Positions 28,952 through 38,919 of a DNA stretch of 64,000 nucleotides are shown here, piece after piece. The notes under the pieces are model-generated. The model saw only the letters and a program-made list of their open reading frames with translations, did not search any database and was not told where the DNA came from. The translations under genes and the position numbers were made by a program. The first letter of the stretch is position 1, and every line of letters begins with the position of its first letter. This DNA is from an uncultured delta proteobacterium (GTDB lineage Bacteria; Desulfobacterota; Binatia; DP-6). The stretch lies in the NCBI GenBank assembly GCA_963815115.1, contig CAWFFN010000005.1:1664001-1728000 (forward strand), in the 5' to 3' direction.

Positions 28952-29671
28952 TCAGCGTCGCCGGCCGAGCGTCGAGCGCACGCGCTCCTTCGTCTCGGGC
29001 GCGCACCACGCCGGGACCAGCTGCTCGCGGAAGTACCGGCGCTCGTCGTCGGACAGGGCGAGCGTTCCGCTCCGCAGGGTCCGCTTCGTCGCCGCATACA
29101 CGGCGGGCGGATGTGCCGAGAGGCGCTCCAGGCAAGCACGAGCGCTCGTGGTGACGTCGTCGGCGAGCTCGTCCACCAGCCCGAGGCCCAGCGCCGTCCG
29201 CGGGTCGTACAGACCGCCTTCGAGCACGACGCGCTGGATCGCGTGCGCGGGGATTCGCTGCCGGGCCAGCGCCATGATCTTGGGTGGGAACTCGAGGCCG
29301 AGCGCCACCTCGTTCAGGCCGATGCGGATGCGCGGATCGTTCGCCGCGATGCGCATGTCGCAGCACAGCGCGACGACGCATCCACCCGCGATCGCGTGCC
29401 CGTTGACGGCGGCTACCATGACGCCCGGATAGCCGTACAGGGCGTCGATGAGGTCATCGAGCAGGAGGAGGTATCGCTCCATGCCCGGTCGATCGAGCGC
29501 GGCGACCTCCTTCAGGTTCAGCCCGGCCGAGAAGGCGTCGCCGGCGCCGGTCACCAGCAGCGGCCGGCCGGCGGCCGCCCGGATCTCCGCCACGACGCTC
29601 TCCATCAGCGGGGTGGTGAGCGAATTCTTCCCCGGCCCGCTCAGCGTGAGCTCGTACGCGTCCATTGGCAT
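28952..29671 (-). CDS. Enoyl-CoA hydratase/isomerase family protein
   Basis: AFSAGLNL, AAVNGHAIAGG, IGLNEVALG. Confidence 0.85.
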   Translation of the reverse strand: MPMDAYELTLSGPGKNSLTTPLMESVVAEIRAAAGRPLLVTGAGDAFSAGLNLKEVAALDRPGMERYLLLLDDLIDALYGYPGVMVAAVNGHAIAGGCVVALCCDMRIAANDPRIRIGLNEVALGLEFPPKIMALARQRIPAHAIQRVVLEGGLYDPRTALGLGLVDELADDVTTSARACLERLSAHPPAVYAATKRTLRSGTLALSDDERRYFREQLVPAWCAPETKERVRSTLGRRR

Positions 29672-29760
29672 GCGGCGTTTCTAGCGCGGGCGAAGATCTA
29701 GTTCCACGGCGGATGACTCGCCCGTGGCACGGGAGCCTCGGCGGTCTTCCCGCGACCTAT

Positions 29761-30483
29761 TCAGCCGCGTCGCGGGCGGAGGGGGCCGACCGTCACCACC
29801 CGGTTCCGGCCCGCCGCGACGTCGATGCGCTGTTCGTACTCCTCGTAGCCGTCGGCACGGACCGCGATGGTGTGGAAGCCCGCGGGCAGCGCGAGCCAGC
29901 GACCGCTCAGGTTGCGCCCGTCGAGCCAGCGACGCCCATCGAGGTCGACCGTCGCGCTCTCGGGAACGCCACGCAGCTGAATCAGGCCGTAGCTCGAGTC
30001 GTCATCCGCGGCGGCGTCGGCCTCAGCGGCGAGGCCGGGCTGGTCGGAGGGAAGCTGCGCGGCCGCTGGAGGGATGCTCGATTGATCGGGCGCCGGAGCC
30101 TGGGTCCCGGGGGGCGGGTAGTCCGGGGCGCCCGCGTCGTACGGCGGCGGATAGCCGTAGCCGTAGCCTCCATAGGGGTATGGATAGGGGTAGGGGTACG
30201 CGCCGTATGGGTAGCCCCAGTAGTAGGGCCAGCCGAAGAAGGGCGAGCCGTACAGGAAACCGCCGCCCACGACGAAGCGCGGTCCGAAGAACCCGCGATG
30301 GCCGTACCAACCGGAGTGGCCCCATCCCCCATGCCCGCCACCCCATCCGCCGTGGCCACCGCCCCACCCGCCGTGGCCGCCACCCATCCCGCCTCCGCCG
30401 CGCGCGTCTCCAGCCGGCGGGGCGAGCAGCAGGACAGCCGCTGCGAGCAGCGCCGTCGCAATTCGGCGCCAGCGGGCGGTCAT
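29761..30483 (-). CDS. Secreted Gly/His/Trp- and Tyr/Pro-rich protein with C-terminal PEGA-like domain
   Basis: Signal peptide; (GGGHGGW)x3; YPYPYPY; VPESATVDLDG...LPAGFHTIAVRADGY. Confidence 0.75.
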   Translation of the reverse strand: MTARWRRIATALLAAAVLLLAPPAGDARGGGGMGGGHGGWGGGHGGWGGGHGGWGHSGWYGHRGFFGPRFVVGGGFLYGSPFFGWPYYWGYPYGAYPYPYPYPYGGYGYGYPPPYDAGAPDYPPPGTQAPAPDQSSIPPAAAQLPSDQPGLAAEADAAADDDSSYGLIQLRGVPESATVDLDGRRWLDGRNLSGRWLALPAGFHTIAVRADGYEEYEQRIDVAAGRNRVVTVGPLRPRRG

Positions 30484-30854
30484 GAGCCTTCTCCCGGCGG
30501 GGGTGCCGGAGGAGGAGCCGGGGGCGGCGGCGGAGGCCGGTGCTCGACGCCGCCCTCGACGCCGTAGGTCATCGCGCGGGTGAGCACCTCGACCGGCGCC
30601 ACCAGTGCGTAATAGAGGCCGTAGCGCAGAACGAGCCCCGTGACATAGAAGGGTGCATAGATGGCCCGCATCATCGGTGACAGCGGGGGAGGATTGGGGT
30701 CGATGACGCGTGGTGGCGGATACGCGGCCTGTGGCGGTGGCGCGGACTGCGGGTACGGGGGGTAGGGTGGATACGGGCCGGCCGCGCCCGCTGGTGCCGC
30801 GAGGATGGCGGCGGCCAGCACGATGGCCGCGGTGCGACGATCGAGCATGGTCAT
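30480..30854 (-). CDS. Secreted Pro/Tyr-rich hypothetical protein
   Basis: Signal peptide; PYPPYPPYP; ATGA overlaps with both neighbours. Confidence 0.65.
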   Translation of the reverse strand: MTMLDRRTAAIVLAAAILAAPAGAAGPYPPYPPYPQSAPPPQAAYPPPRVIDPNPPPLSPMMRAIYAPFYVTGLVLRYGLYYALVAPVEVLTRAMTYGVEGGVEHRPPPPPPAPPPAPPPGEGS

Positions 30855-31144
30855 TGGAGATGAGGCGGCATCCAGACCCGGACCGACTGCCCTGATGGAT
30901 TCTGGCGCCACTCCCAGTGTCCGGCAACCCAGCCAGGCGGAGGAACGCTCGACGGGCCATAGTAGGGATACGGGTAGGGATACGGATACGGGTAGGGATA
31001 GTACGGGTAGCCGAACGGATATCCCGGCACACCGAAGGCTCCGCCGACGACGACCCGCGGGCCTGCGAGCGCCGGGCCGGTCGCGAGCACCAGAATGATC
31101 GCGCCGATGCCGAGCGCGAGCCGCACGGGCCGGCTGCCTTTCAT
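30851..31144 (-). CDS. Small secreted Tyr/Pro-rich protein with WXXGXW repeat
   Basis: Signal ending ALA; (YP)n tract; WVAGHW...WMPPH. Confidence 0.75.
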   Translation of the reverse strand: MKGSRPVRLALGIGAIILVLATGPALAGPRVVVGGAFGVPGYPFGYPYYPYPYPYPYPYPYYGPSSVPPPGWVAGHWEWRQNPSGQSVRVWMPPHLQ

Positions 31145-31158
31145 GGTCTCGACAACCT

Positions 31159-31183
31159 AACACGTCGTTGCCGACAACGTTAC
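31159..31183 (-). promoter_or_regulatory. Candidate ECF sigma promoter
   Basis: Minus strand GTAAC-N17-GTT, 15 bp upstream of ATG 31144. Confidence 0.35.
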
Positions 31184-31227
31184 ACCGGTCGCGCTCGCGT
31201 TCCGGGACGCCTCCGCTCGCAAGGTGG

Positions 31228-32820
31228 TCACCGAGTCGCGGGCGGGTGCGAGGCGAAGAGGAGATGCCGACCCGCTCCCAGCTCGGAGAACGGACCAGCC
31301 TCCAGCACCTCCGGAACATGCGGGGCGTCGGTCACCACGAAGACCAGGCGTCGCCGGCGGAGCACGTGGCGGAGCTGGTCGATCCGGTCCAGCCGCCTGA
31401 CGGGACCGTCGTGATAGAAGCCCAGGGACGGGGCCTGGACCGCGTAGGCGATCACCGGAACCTGCCCGTCCGGAGCCGCCGCCGCGATCTGCCGGGCGAT
31501 CTCCCGGTCGCTCGCAATGCGGCCCAGGAGCGGCGCCGTCCGTCCATAGAAGGTGAGCGCCGCCACGATCCCGACGAGCGCGACGGCGGGAGCTGCGAGG
31601 TCGGCTCGCCGCGCCGCGACCGGGCCGAGCAGCAACGCGGCGATCAGCATGGCCGCGATCGGCGGGAGGGCCGCGGGTGCGAGCACCGGCGACCAGCGAT
31701 CGGCGCCGGAGCGAATCGCTGCGAGCGCCAGCAGCGCCGCGACTCCCCCGACCGCGAGGCCGCCGAGCACCAGGCGGCGCTCGGAGGATCGAGCCGACGC
31801 GGGCGGATCATGCGCCGTCACGAAGCGGCCGGTCAGCAGCGCGAGCGCCGGCATCGCGGGCAGCACGTAGGTCCCGAGGCCTCCTCGCGACAGGCTGAAG
31901 AAGCCGACGACGCCGAGCGCCCAGCAGACGCAGAACCACGATGCGTCGTCGTCGCGCCGCATGGCCAGCCGACGCCCCACCGCCGGCAGCATGAGCGTCC
32001 AGGGAAGGAAGCCCACGAGAGCGAACAGCGCCGTCATGCCGAAGGGCTGCGGCCGCAGATGAGGCGTCGGGGCGAAGAAGCGCTCGAGGTGCTGCTCCAG
32101 TACGAAATCGCGCAGGTAGCCCGGATCGAGAGCGCCGGCAGCGAGGTACCATGGTCCCGTCACGGCGAGGTAGAGCAGCGCGGCACGGCCCAGGCGCGCA
32201 CCACGCAGAAGAGCGAGCCGGCCGATGGTGGCGAGGTAGAGTGCTCCGATCACCACGAGCAGGATGGGCGTCACGAGCCCCTTGGTCAGCGTGCCCAGCG
32301 CGGCCGCCACCGCGACCGGCCGGAGCGTCGCGCCCTCGCTGCTGCGGGTCGCCCAGCGATGCAGTCCGAGCAGCGCGAGGGTCGTCCACAGCGTGAGGAG
32401 CATGTCGAGGTTGATGATGCGCCCCAGGCCGAGGAACCCGCCCGTGGTGCAAAGCACGGTCGTGCACGCGGCGGCGGCCGCGCGGCCCCAGCGGGCACGC
32501 GCCCAGAGGAAGACGGCGAGCGCCGTCAGGAGCGCCGCCGTGGCGGAGACCGCGCGGGCCGCGAACGCCGTCGGGCCGGCGATCCGGTAGGCCTGGGCCA
32601 CGACCCAGTACAGCAGGATCGGCTTGTCGTGGTACGGACGCCCGTAGATGGACGGCACGATCCACCCGCGCGCGTCGATCGACGTCCAGACGTTGCGCGC
32701 GATCAGCGCGGGGCGCGCCTCGTCCGGATCCCACAGGGCGTGGCCGCCGAGGTTCCAGAAGAGAAGGGTGCCCGCGAGGAGCGCGACGAGCGCGACGTCG
32801 CCCAGGAGACGCAACCGCAT
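31228..32820 (-). CDS. ArnT-like GT-C (PMT_2) glycosyltransferase
   Basis: LWDPDEAR, DKPILLYW, LDMLLT, LTKG, PWY, FLPW, YVLP; many TM helices. Confidence 0.85.
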   Translation of the reverse strand: MRLRLLGDVALVALLAGTLLFWNLGGHALWDPDEARPALIARNVWTSIDARGWIVPSIYGRPYHDKPILLYWVVAQAYRIAGPTAFAARAVSATAALLTALAVFLWARARWGRAAAAACTTVLCTTGGFLGLGRIINLDMLLTLWTTLALLGLHRWATRSSEGATLRPVAVAAALGTLTKGLVTPILLVVIGALYLATIGRLALLRGARLGRAALLYLAVTGPWYLAAGALDPGYLRDFVLEQHLERFFAPTPHLRPQPFGMTALFALVGFLPWTLMLPAVGRRLAMRRDDDASWFCVCWALGVVGFFSLSRGGLGTYVLPAMPALALLTGRFVTAHDPPASARSSERRLVLGGLAVGGVAALLALAAIRSGADRWSPVLAPAALPPIAAMLIAALLLGPVAARRADLAAPAVALVGIVAALTFYGRTAPLLGRIASDREIARQIAAAAPDGQVPVIAYAVQAPSLGFYHDGPVRRLDRIDQLRHVLRRRRLVFVVTDAPHVPEVLEAGPFSELGAGRHLLFASHPPATR

Positions 32821-33027
32821 CCGGTGTCACGTGGCGGAGCCGCCGGTCCTCACGAGCTCGCCATGCCCGACCCTGTCCGCGGCACGCTTCGCCACCCTGG
32901 ACGTCTCGATGGGTAGCAGGGGCAGGGTGCGGGTGACAACTCCTGCGCAGCGAGACGTGGCGCCTCGCGCGCGGACGGTGGACACGACGGGACGACTCGC
33001 GTAGGGGCCGATCCGAAGGAAGAGAGC

Positions 33028-33726
33028 GTGAGTATGAGGATCCTGGCGATCGACGTCGGAGGAACACACGTGAAGCTGCTCGCCACGGGGCGGCGCGTGC
33101 CGATCAAGGTCCCGTCCGGTCCGCGCATGACGCCGCGGCGCATGGTGACCGCCGTGAAGCGGCTCACCGACGGCTGGCGGTACGACGCGGTGTCGATCGG
33201 CTATCCCGGACCCGTGCTGAACGGACGGGCGGTCGCCGAGCCCCACAACCTGGGCCCGGGCTGGGTGGGCTTCGACTTCAAGCGCGCCCTCGGCCGGCCG
33301 GTGCGAATGGTCAACGACGCCGCCATGCAGGCCCTCGGCAGCTACCGCGGCGGGCGCATGCTCTTCCTCGGCCTGGGCACGGGCCTGGGCTCGGCCCTCA
33401 TCGTGGACGGCGCGCTCGAGCCGATGGAGCTGGCGCACCTGCCGTACAAGAAGGGCCGCACCTACGAGGACTACGTCGGCCTTCGGGGCCTGGAGCGGCT
33501 CGGCAAGAAGAAGTGGCGGCGGGCCGTGGAGGACGTCGTGATGCGACTCAAGGCGGCACTCGACGCCGAGGAGATCGTGCTCGGCGGCGGCAACGCGAAG
33601 CTGCTGAAGACGCTCCCGCCCGACGCGCGCCTGGTGACCAACACGAACGCGTTCCTGGGCGGCTTCCGGCTCTGGCATCGGAAGGCGGCACCCCGGCCGA
33701 AGCGGACGCGGCGCAAGGCGGGCTGA
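33028..33726 (+). CDS. ROK family kinase (polyphosphate glucokinase-like)
   Basis: IDVGGTHVK, VNDAAMQA, GLGTGLGSA, ELAH, GGGN. Confidence 0.85.
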   Translation: MSMRILAIDVGGTHVKLLATGRRVPIKVPSGPRMTPRRMVTAVKRLTDGWRYDAVSIGYPGPVLNGRAVAEPHNLGPGWVGFDFKRALGRPVRMVNDAAMQALGSYRGGRMLFLGLGTGLGSALIVDGALEPMELAHLPYKKGRTYEDYVGLRGLERLGKKKWRRAVEDVVMRLKAALDAEEIVLGGGNAKLLKTLPPDARLVTNTNAFLGGFRLWHRKAAPRPKRTRRKAG

Positions 33727-33761
33727 GGCGGGCCGCTAGGCGGCGCGGGGGTCGGGCGGTG

Positions 33762-35099
33762 ATGATCGCCGAGACGAGTCTCCTCCTCACCGACCTCTAC
33801 CAGCTCACCATGCTGGACTCGTACTTTCGACGCGGCATGGAGGACACGGCCGTGTTCGAGTTCTTCGTGCGCTCGCTGCCACCGGGCCGCAGCTTCCTGG
33901 TCGCGGCAGGCCTGGAGCAGGTGGTCGAGTACCTGGAGGCGCTGCGTGCCACACCCGAGGAGCTGGCCTGGGTCGCCGCGTCGGGCCGATTCGACGACGC
34001 CTTCGTCGAGCGCCTCGCCGCGCTGCGGTTCACCGGCGACGTCGATGCCGTGCCCGAGGGGACGGTGTGCTTCCCGGACGAGCCCCTGTTCCGCGTGATC
34101 GCGCCACTGCCCGAAGCACAGCTCGTGGAGACGCGGGTCGTCAACCTGTTGCACTTCGAGACCCTCGTGGCCTCGAAGGCCTCCCGCTGCGTGCTCGCGG
34201 CGCCGGGAAAGCTGCTCGTCGACTTCGGCCTGCGGCGGGCGCACGGTGCGGAGGCCGGGCTGCTTGCGGCGCGTGCGGCGTACGTCGGCGGGTTCGACGG
34301 CACGGCGACCGTGCTTGCCGGCGCCCGCTTCGGGATCCCGCTCCACGGCACGATGGCGCACTCGTACGTCCTCGCCCACGACAGCGAGGCACAGGCGTTC
34401 GCGGACTTCGCGCGCGACCGCCCCGGCGACGTCGTGCTGCTGCTCGACACCTTCGATTCGGAGAAGGCGGCCGCCAAGGCCGTGGAGCTGGCACGCCAGC
34501 TGGCGGCGGAGGGCATCCGCTTGCGCGGCGTACGACTCGACAGCGGCGATCTCGGCGAGCACGCGCGCCGGGTACGCCGGGTGCTCGACCGGGGCGGGCT
34601 GCCGGAGGCGACGATCTTCGCGAGCGGCAACCTCGACGAGCACGCGCTGGCGACGCTGGTGTCGTCCGGGGCGCCCATCGACGGGTTCGGCGTCGGCACG
34701 CGACTCGACACCTCCGCCGACGTTCCCCATCTCGACTGCGCCTACAAGCTGCAGGAGTACGCCGGCGTGCCACGGCGCAAGCGCTCGGAGGGCAAGGCCA
34801 CGTGGCCGGGACGCCGACAGGTGTATCGCCGCCATGCGGCCGACGGCACGATCGCCGCGGACGTGGTCACGCTCGTGGGCGATCCCCAGCCCGGGGAGCC
34901 GCTGCTCCAGCCCGCGATGCGTGCCGGGCGCCGCCTGGACACGCTGCCGGCGGCGGCGGCGGCGCGCGCACGGGCGCGCTCCCAGCTCGAGCGGCTGCCG
35001 CCCGCACTTCGCCCTCTCGATCGGCCGGGGCTCGCTCCCGTCGAGATCGCCCCGGCCATCCGTGCGCTGGCCGACGAGATCGATGCCCGGGGCCTCTGA
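33762..35099 (+). CDS. pncB: Nicotinate phosphoribosyltransferase
   Basis: LLTDLYQLTM, DFGLRRAHG, GTMAHS, LLDTFD, GVRLDSGDL, FGVGT. Confidence 0.92.
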   Translation: MIAETSLLLTDLYQLTMLDSYFRRGMEDTAVFEFFVRSLPPGRSFLVAAGLEQVVEYLEALRATPEELAWVAASGRFDDAFVERLAALRFTGDVDAVPEGTVCFPDEPLFRVIAPLPEAQLVETRVVNLLHFETLVASKASRCVLAAPGKLLVDFGLRRAHGAEAGLLAARAAYVGGFDGTATVLAGARFGIPLHGTMAHSYVLAHDSEAQAFADFARDRPGDVVLLLDTFDSEKAAAKAVELARQLAAEGIRLRGVRLDSGDLGEHARRVRRVLDRGGLPEATIFASGNLDEHALATLVSSGAPIDGFGVGTRLDTSADVPHLDCAYKLQEYAGVPRRKRSEGKATWPGRRQVYRRHAADGTIAADVVTLVGDPQPGEPLLQPAMRAGRRLDTLPAAAAARARARSQLERLPPALRPLDRPGLAPVEIAPAIRALADEIDARGL

Positions 35100-35108
35100 G
35101 CGGCTCGC

Positions 35109-35645
35109 TCAGGCCGGCGCCGGCGGCCTTCGCCGCGCGGCCAGCCACTGGTGCAGCGCGAACAGCGCGACCGCCAGGGGCGGGATCGCCAGGTACGGCC
35201 AGATCCTGGCGGGCTCCGCGGCTGCCGGAGCGACGGGCAGCTCGCACGACACCTCCGCCGCCTCGTCGCCATGGGACACGGCGACCCGTACCGTCCAGCT
35301 CCCGGGAGTGGGCATCGCGACGGTGGCCGCATAGAGCAGCTTGTTGGTCGCCGCCGCGTGCGTTGCCTCGACGGCGACGGGCAGTGCGCGGGTGGCCTGC
35401 GGCGGGACCGCGGTGACGGAGACGCGGGCATCGAGGAGCGCGGCGCTGCTCGCTCTCGACTGGACGAGCACGCTCACGTCGGCCAGCCCGACGCCGAGCA
35501 CGGCCGGCGTGGTGAAGAGGGTGATCGTGAAGGGGCCCGCGGCCTGCATCAGCCGGACCGTGCCACCGTCTGCCATGATGGGCGAGGACGGCAGCAGGAC
35601 CGCGACTGCACAGGCGAGGAGCGCGGCTCCGGCTCGGGCGAACAC
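35109..35645 (-). CDS. Exported hypothetical protein with C-terminal TM helix (YtkA/FixH-like Ig fold possible)
   Basis: Signal peptide, GPFTITLFTTP, PGSWTVRVAV, C-terminal hydrophobic helix. Confidence 0.6.
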   Translation of the reverse strand: MFARAGAALLACAVAVLLPSSPIMADGGTVRLMQAAGPFTITLFTTPAVLGVGLADVSVLVQSRASSAALLDARVSVTAVPPQATRALPVAVEATHAAATNKLLYAATVAMPTPGSWTVRVAVSHGDEAAEVSCELPVAPAAAEPARIWPYLAIPPLAVALFALHQWLAARRRPPAPA

Positions 35646-35709
35646 GCGTATGGAAGACTACTCCTCGGGACGGTGGCCGGCGACCCGCGCCACGAATGCG
35701 GAGGGCGCG

Positions 35710-36984
35710 CTACTGATCGGGCTGCGGCGGTGCTGCCGGCCGCCGCCGGGGGCGGCGGCCGCGAGCGTGGGTGTCTGGCGTCGGCCAGCCCTGCGCGAGG
35801 CAGTCCCCGGGCCGGGCGCGCAAGCGCCGGAAATGGTCCAGGGTGTGTCCCTCCGGTGTCACGGCACGCACGTCGATCCAGGCGGGCGTGACGCGCACCC
35901 GCAGGAAGTGCGCCGCCGCGAAGGCCCGGGGAAAATTCGGATGGGGACGAACGGTATCGAGCTGGACGTCGCCGCCCCCACCGCTGGTGACGTGCACGAC
36001 GCGCGCCGTCGGGACGTATTCGCAGCTCGGCTGCGAGCGTTCGTAGAAGTGCTGGTGTCCGGCGAGCACGAGATCGACGCCGCCGGCTTCCAGGATGGGC
36101 GCGAGCGCGACGCGCAGGTTGCGGACCTCGCGCTTGTTGCCGGCTGTGTAGAGCGGCTCGTGCAGGAACACGATCCGCCACGGCATCGTGCGGACCCCGG
36201 CGAGCTCTGCGGCGAGACCGGGTGCGCCCGCGGCGCCGTCGGGGCTGCTGAGGGAGACGAAATGCGCCGGCCCCCAGTCGAATGAGTAGCGCAGCCGGAC
36301 CGCGTTCGGACCCCCGGCCAGTGGCGCGAACACCGCGCGGTAGCCGCTGCGGGCGTTGAGGTCGTGGTTGCCCGGGGTGGGAAAGAGGGGCACCCGCCGG
36401 AGCGTCTCTCGGTAGGGCGGAAAGAAGGTGGCCGCCAGCTCGCCCACGGTGCCGTCGGGGTAGGCGAGGTCGCCCACGTGAATCAGGAATGCCGGGTGCG
36501 CGGCCCGGATGCGGCGCGCGATCGCTCTCGCGGCGATGCCGCCGTGCCCCGAGTCCCCGACGACCGTGAAGAGAAACGAGCCGTCGGCCTCCGGGGCGGT
36601 GCGAAAGCGGACCCAGGTGACGAACCGGCCGTCGGGCGCCAGGATCCGACACGCGTACAGCGTATCGGGGTGCAGGTCTTTCAGGCGTGCCGCGAGGAGG
36701 CCGTGGGTATCGGGGGTTGCCGAGGCGGAGACGGCGTGGCCGTCGCGGCTGCGGCACACGCTCCGGCCGCCGCTCGTGCCCGTCCAGACCACGGTCGCGC
36801 CCGTGCGGTCGACGGCCGTCACGTAGAACCACCCGGGAGGGAACGACCCGACGCACCCCACCGTCCCGCCGAGCGCGACCAGGCACGCCAGCCAGCCGCC
36901 TCCGAACCGTATCCGCCTCGGCGTCGCGCGGGTATCCGTCAAGACGGCGCGAGGATAGAGGGACGGGCCGGATCGGGAAAGCAA
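35710..36984 (-). CDS. Purple-acid-phosphatase-like metallophosphoesterase with FN3-like N-domain (start uncertain)
   Basis: GDSG, HVGDLAY, PGNHD, FLHEP, LAGHQHFYER. Confidence 0.85.
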   Translation of the reverse strand: MLSRSGPSLYPRAVLTDTRATPRRIRFGGGWLACLVALGGTVGCVGSFPPGWFYVTAVDRTGATVVWTGTSGGRSVCRSRDGHAVSASATPDTHGLLAARLKDLHPDTLYACRILAPDGRFVTWVRFRTAPEADGSFLFTVVGDSGHGGIAARAIARRIRAAHPAFLIHVGDLAYPDGTVGELAATFFPPYRETLRRVPLFPTPGNHDLNARSGYRAVFAPLAGGPNAVRLRYSFDWGPAHFVSLSSPDGAAGAPGLAAELAGVRTMPWRIVFLHEPLYTAGNKREVRNLRVALAPILEAGGVDLVLAGHQHFYERSQPSCEYVPTARVVHVTSGGGGDVQLDTVRPHPNFPRAFAAAHFLRVRVTPAWIDVRAVTPEGHTLDHFRRLRARPGDCLAQGWPTPDTHARGRRPRRRPAAPPQPDQ

Positions 36985-37040
36985 GCGTCCGGATCACGAT
37001 CGCATCTCGCCGGTTGCCATCGTCCATGCTAGGGTGATGG

Positions 37041-38357
37041 GTGGTAGCGGACGTCACGGAGAAGACCACGATGGGCCTCGCCCGGCATCCGGAGCCGCGC
37101 ACGACCTCGCTGCGCGAGCTGCCATCCGATGCGACCCGAGGGGCTCCCGCGCGTGCGGCCCCGCGTCAGACGTGGTCGGGAGCCCCCGCGCGGGCCATGG
37201 CGCAGGCCCTGCTCGCTGCCCTTCCCGGCGGGCCGATCGCGATCGTCCTGCCCAACGGCGAGGAGGTCGCCAGCGGAATTCGCCCGATCGCGCGGGTGCA
37301 CGTCGCCGACATGCGAACCCTGCTCGGGCTCCTCGGCCCGGCGGGCGACCTCTGCTTCGGGGATGCGTACGCGGACGGACGGATCGTGGTCGAGGGCGAC
37401 CTGCTGGGCCTGCTGGGAGTCGCCTTCGCCGCGCCCGGAGACGGCTGGCTGGCACGGCTGGGCTCGCGGTGGCGCCGCCTCGCGAGGCACGGCAACTCGA
37501 TCCGCCGCTCGCGCGCCAACGTGCAGCACCACTACGACCTCGGCAACGACTTCTACGCGCTCTGGCTCGACCGCGAGATGGTCTACACCTGTGCCTACTT
37601 TCCGACCCCTGCCGCGTCCCTCGAGCAGGCGCAGGTGGCGAAGATGGAGCACGTCGCGCGCAAGCTCCGCCTGCGCGCCGGCGAGACCGTGATCGAGGCC
37701 GGCTGTGGGTGGGGCGCCCTCGCCCTCCATCTGGCGCGCCAGCACGGCGTACGGGTCCGCGCCTTCAACGTCTCCGGCGAGCAGCTCTCCTGGGCCCGCG
37801 AGCGCGCCCGCCGCGAGGGGCTCGCGGATCGGGTCGAGTTCATCGACGACGACTACCGCAACGTGCGCGGGACCTACGATGCGTTCGTCTCGGTCGGCAT
37901 GCTCGAGCACGTGGGGCCCGAGCACTACGGCGAGCTCGCCCGGGTCATCGACCGGACGCTCGCGCCACACGGTCGCGGCCTGCTGCACTCGATCGGCCGC
38001 AACCGGCCGCTCGAGTTCAGCCCGTTCGTCCAGCGCCGCATCTTCCCCGGCGCGTATCCCCCGACCCTGCGCGAGATGGTGGCGCTGCTCGAGCCGATCG
38101 ACTGCTCCGTGCTCGACGTCGAGAACCTCCGGCTGCACTACGCGCGTACGCTCGAGCACTGGCTCTCTCGCTTCGAGGGCAACGGCGACGAGGTGGCGCG
38201 GCGATTCGGCGAGCCGTTCGTGCGCGTCTGGCGCCTCTATCTGGCGGGATCCATCGCCGCCTTCCGCGCCGGCTCGCTCCAGCTCTTCCAGGTCGTGTTC
38301 GCACGCGGGCGCTCCAACGCCGTGCCGTGGACGCGCGCGGACCTCTACCGGTCGTGA
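37041..38357 (+). CDS. cfa: Cyclopropane-fatty-acyl-phospholipid synthase family methyltransferase
   Basis: HHYDLGNDFY, YTCAYF, GCGWG, SVGMLEHVG, IFPG, HYARTL. Confidence 0.88.
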   Translation: MVADVTEKTTMGLARHPEPRTTSLRELPSDATRGAPARAAPRQTWSGAPARAMAQALLAALPGGPIAIVLPNGEEVASGIRPIARVHVADMRTLLGLLGPAGDLCFGDAYADGRIVVEGDLLGLLGVAFAAPGDGWLARLGSRWRRLARHGNSIRRSRANVQHHYDLGNDFYALWLDREMVYTCAYFPTPAASLEQAQVAKMEHVARKLRLRAGETVIEAGCGWGALALHLARQHGVRVRAFNVSGEQLSWARERARREGLADRVEFIDDDYRNVRGTYDAFVSVGMLEHVGPEHYGELARVIDRTLAPHGRGLLHSIGRNRPLEFSPFVQRRIFPGAYPPTLREMVALLEPIDCSVLDVENLRLHYARTLEHWLSRFEGNGDEVARRFGEPFVRVWRLYLAGSIAAFRAGSLQLFQVVFARGRSNAVPWTRADLYRS

Positions 38358-38911
38358 GCGGACGGCGCCGGCTCATCGTCGGCGTGATGGGCTCCGGGGT
38401 GGAGCGTCACGATGATCTCGCGGGGCCGCTCGGCCGATGGATCGCACGCGGAAACTACCACCTCCTCACCGGAGGTGGCGGCGGGGTGATGGCGGCGGTG
38501 AGCGAGGCGTTCGCGGCGGTGACGGACCGCCAGGGCCTCGTGATCGGGGTGCTCAAGGGGTTTCCCGGCGCGGGCGGCCGTGTCGTCTCCGCGAAGCCCA
38601 ACCCCTGGGTCGAGGTGCCGATCCGCACCCACCTGGCGCTGTCCGGCTCCCAGGGCGCGGACACGCTCAGCCGCAACCACGTCAACGTGCTCACCGCCGA
38701 CGTCGTCGTGGCACTCCCCGGCGGCGAGGGAACACGCAGCGAGGTCGAGCTCGCCGTCCGCTACGCGAAGCCGGTCGTCGCCTTCCCCGGACCCGGCGGA
38801 CTGCCGGAGAACTGGCCGCCGATCCCGGTCGCGGCGACGTTCGGCGACCTGGAGGCATTCCTCGTCTCGGTGCTCGGCCGCATCGCGTCGCTGCGCGCGC
38901 GCGACCCCTGA
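38354..38911 (+). CDS. SLOG / molybdenum cofactor carrier-like protein
   Basis: VGVMGSG, LLTGGGGGVM, SRNHVN, LPGGEGTRSE. Confidence 0.8.
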   Translation: MSGRRRLIVGVMGSGVERHDDLAGPLGRWIARGNYHLLTGGGGGVMAAVSEAFAAVTDRQGLVIGVLKGFPGAGGRVVSAKPNPWVEVPIRTHLALSGSQGADTLSRNHVNVLTADVVVALPGGEGTRSEVELAVRYAKPVVAFPGPGGLPENWPPIPVAATFGDLEAFLVSVLGRIASLRARDP

Positions 38912-38919
38912 GAGGCATC

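Noticed and set aside
30955-31010. GGATAC/GGGTAG short tandem repeats as a CRISPR or VNTR
   Set aside because: They encode the (YP)n tract; no spacers or cas genes
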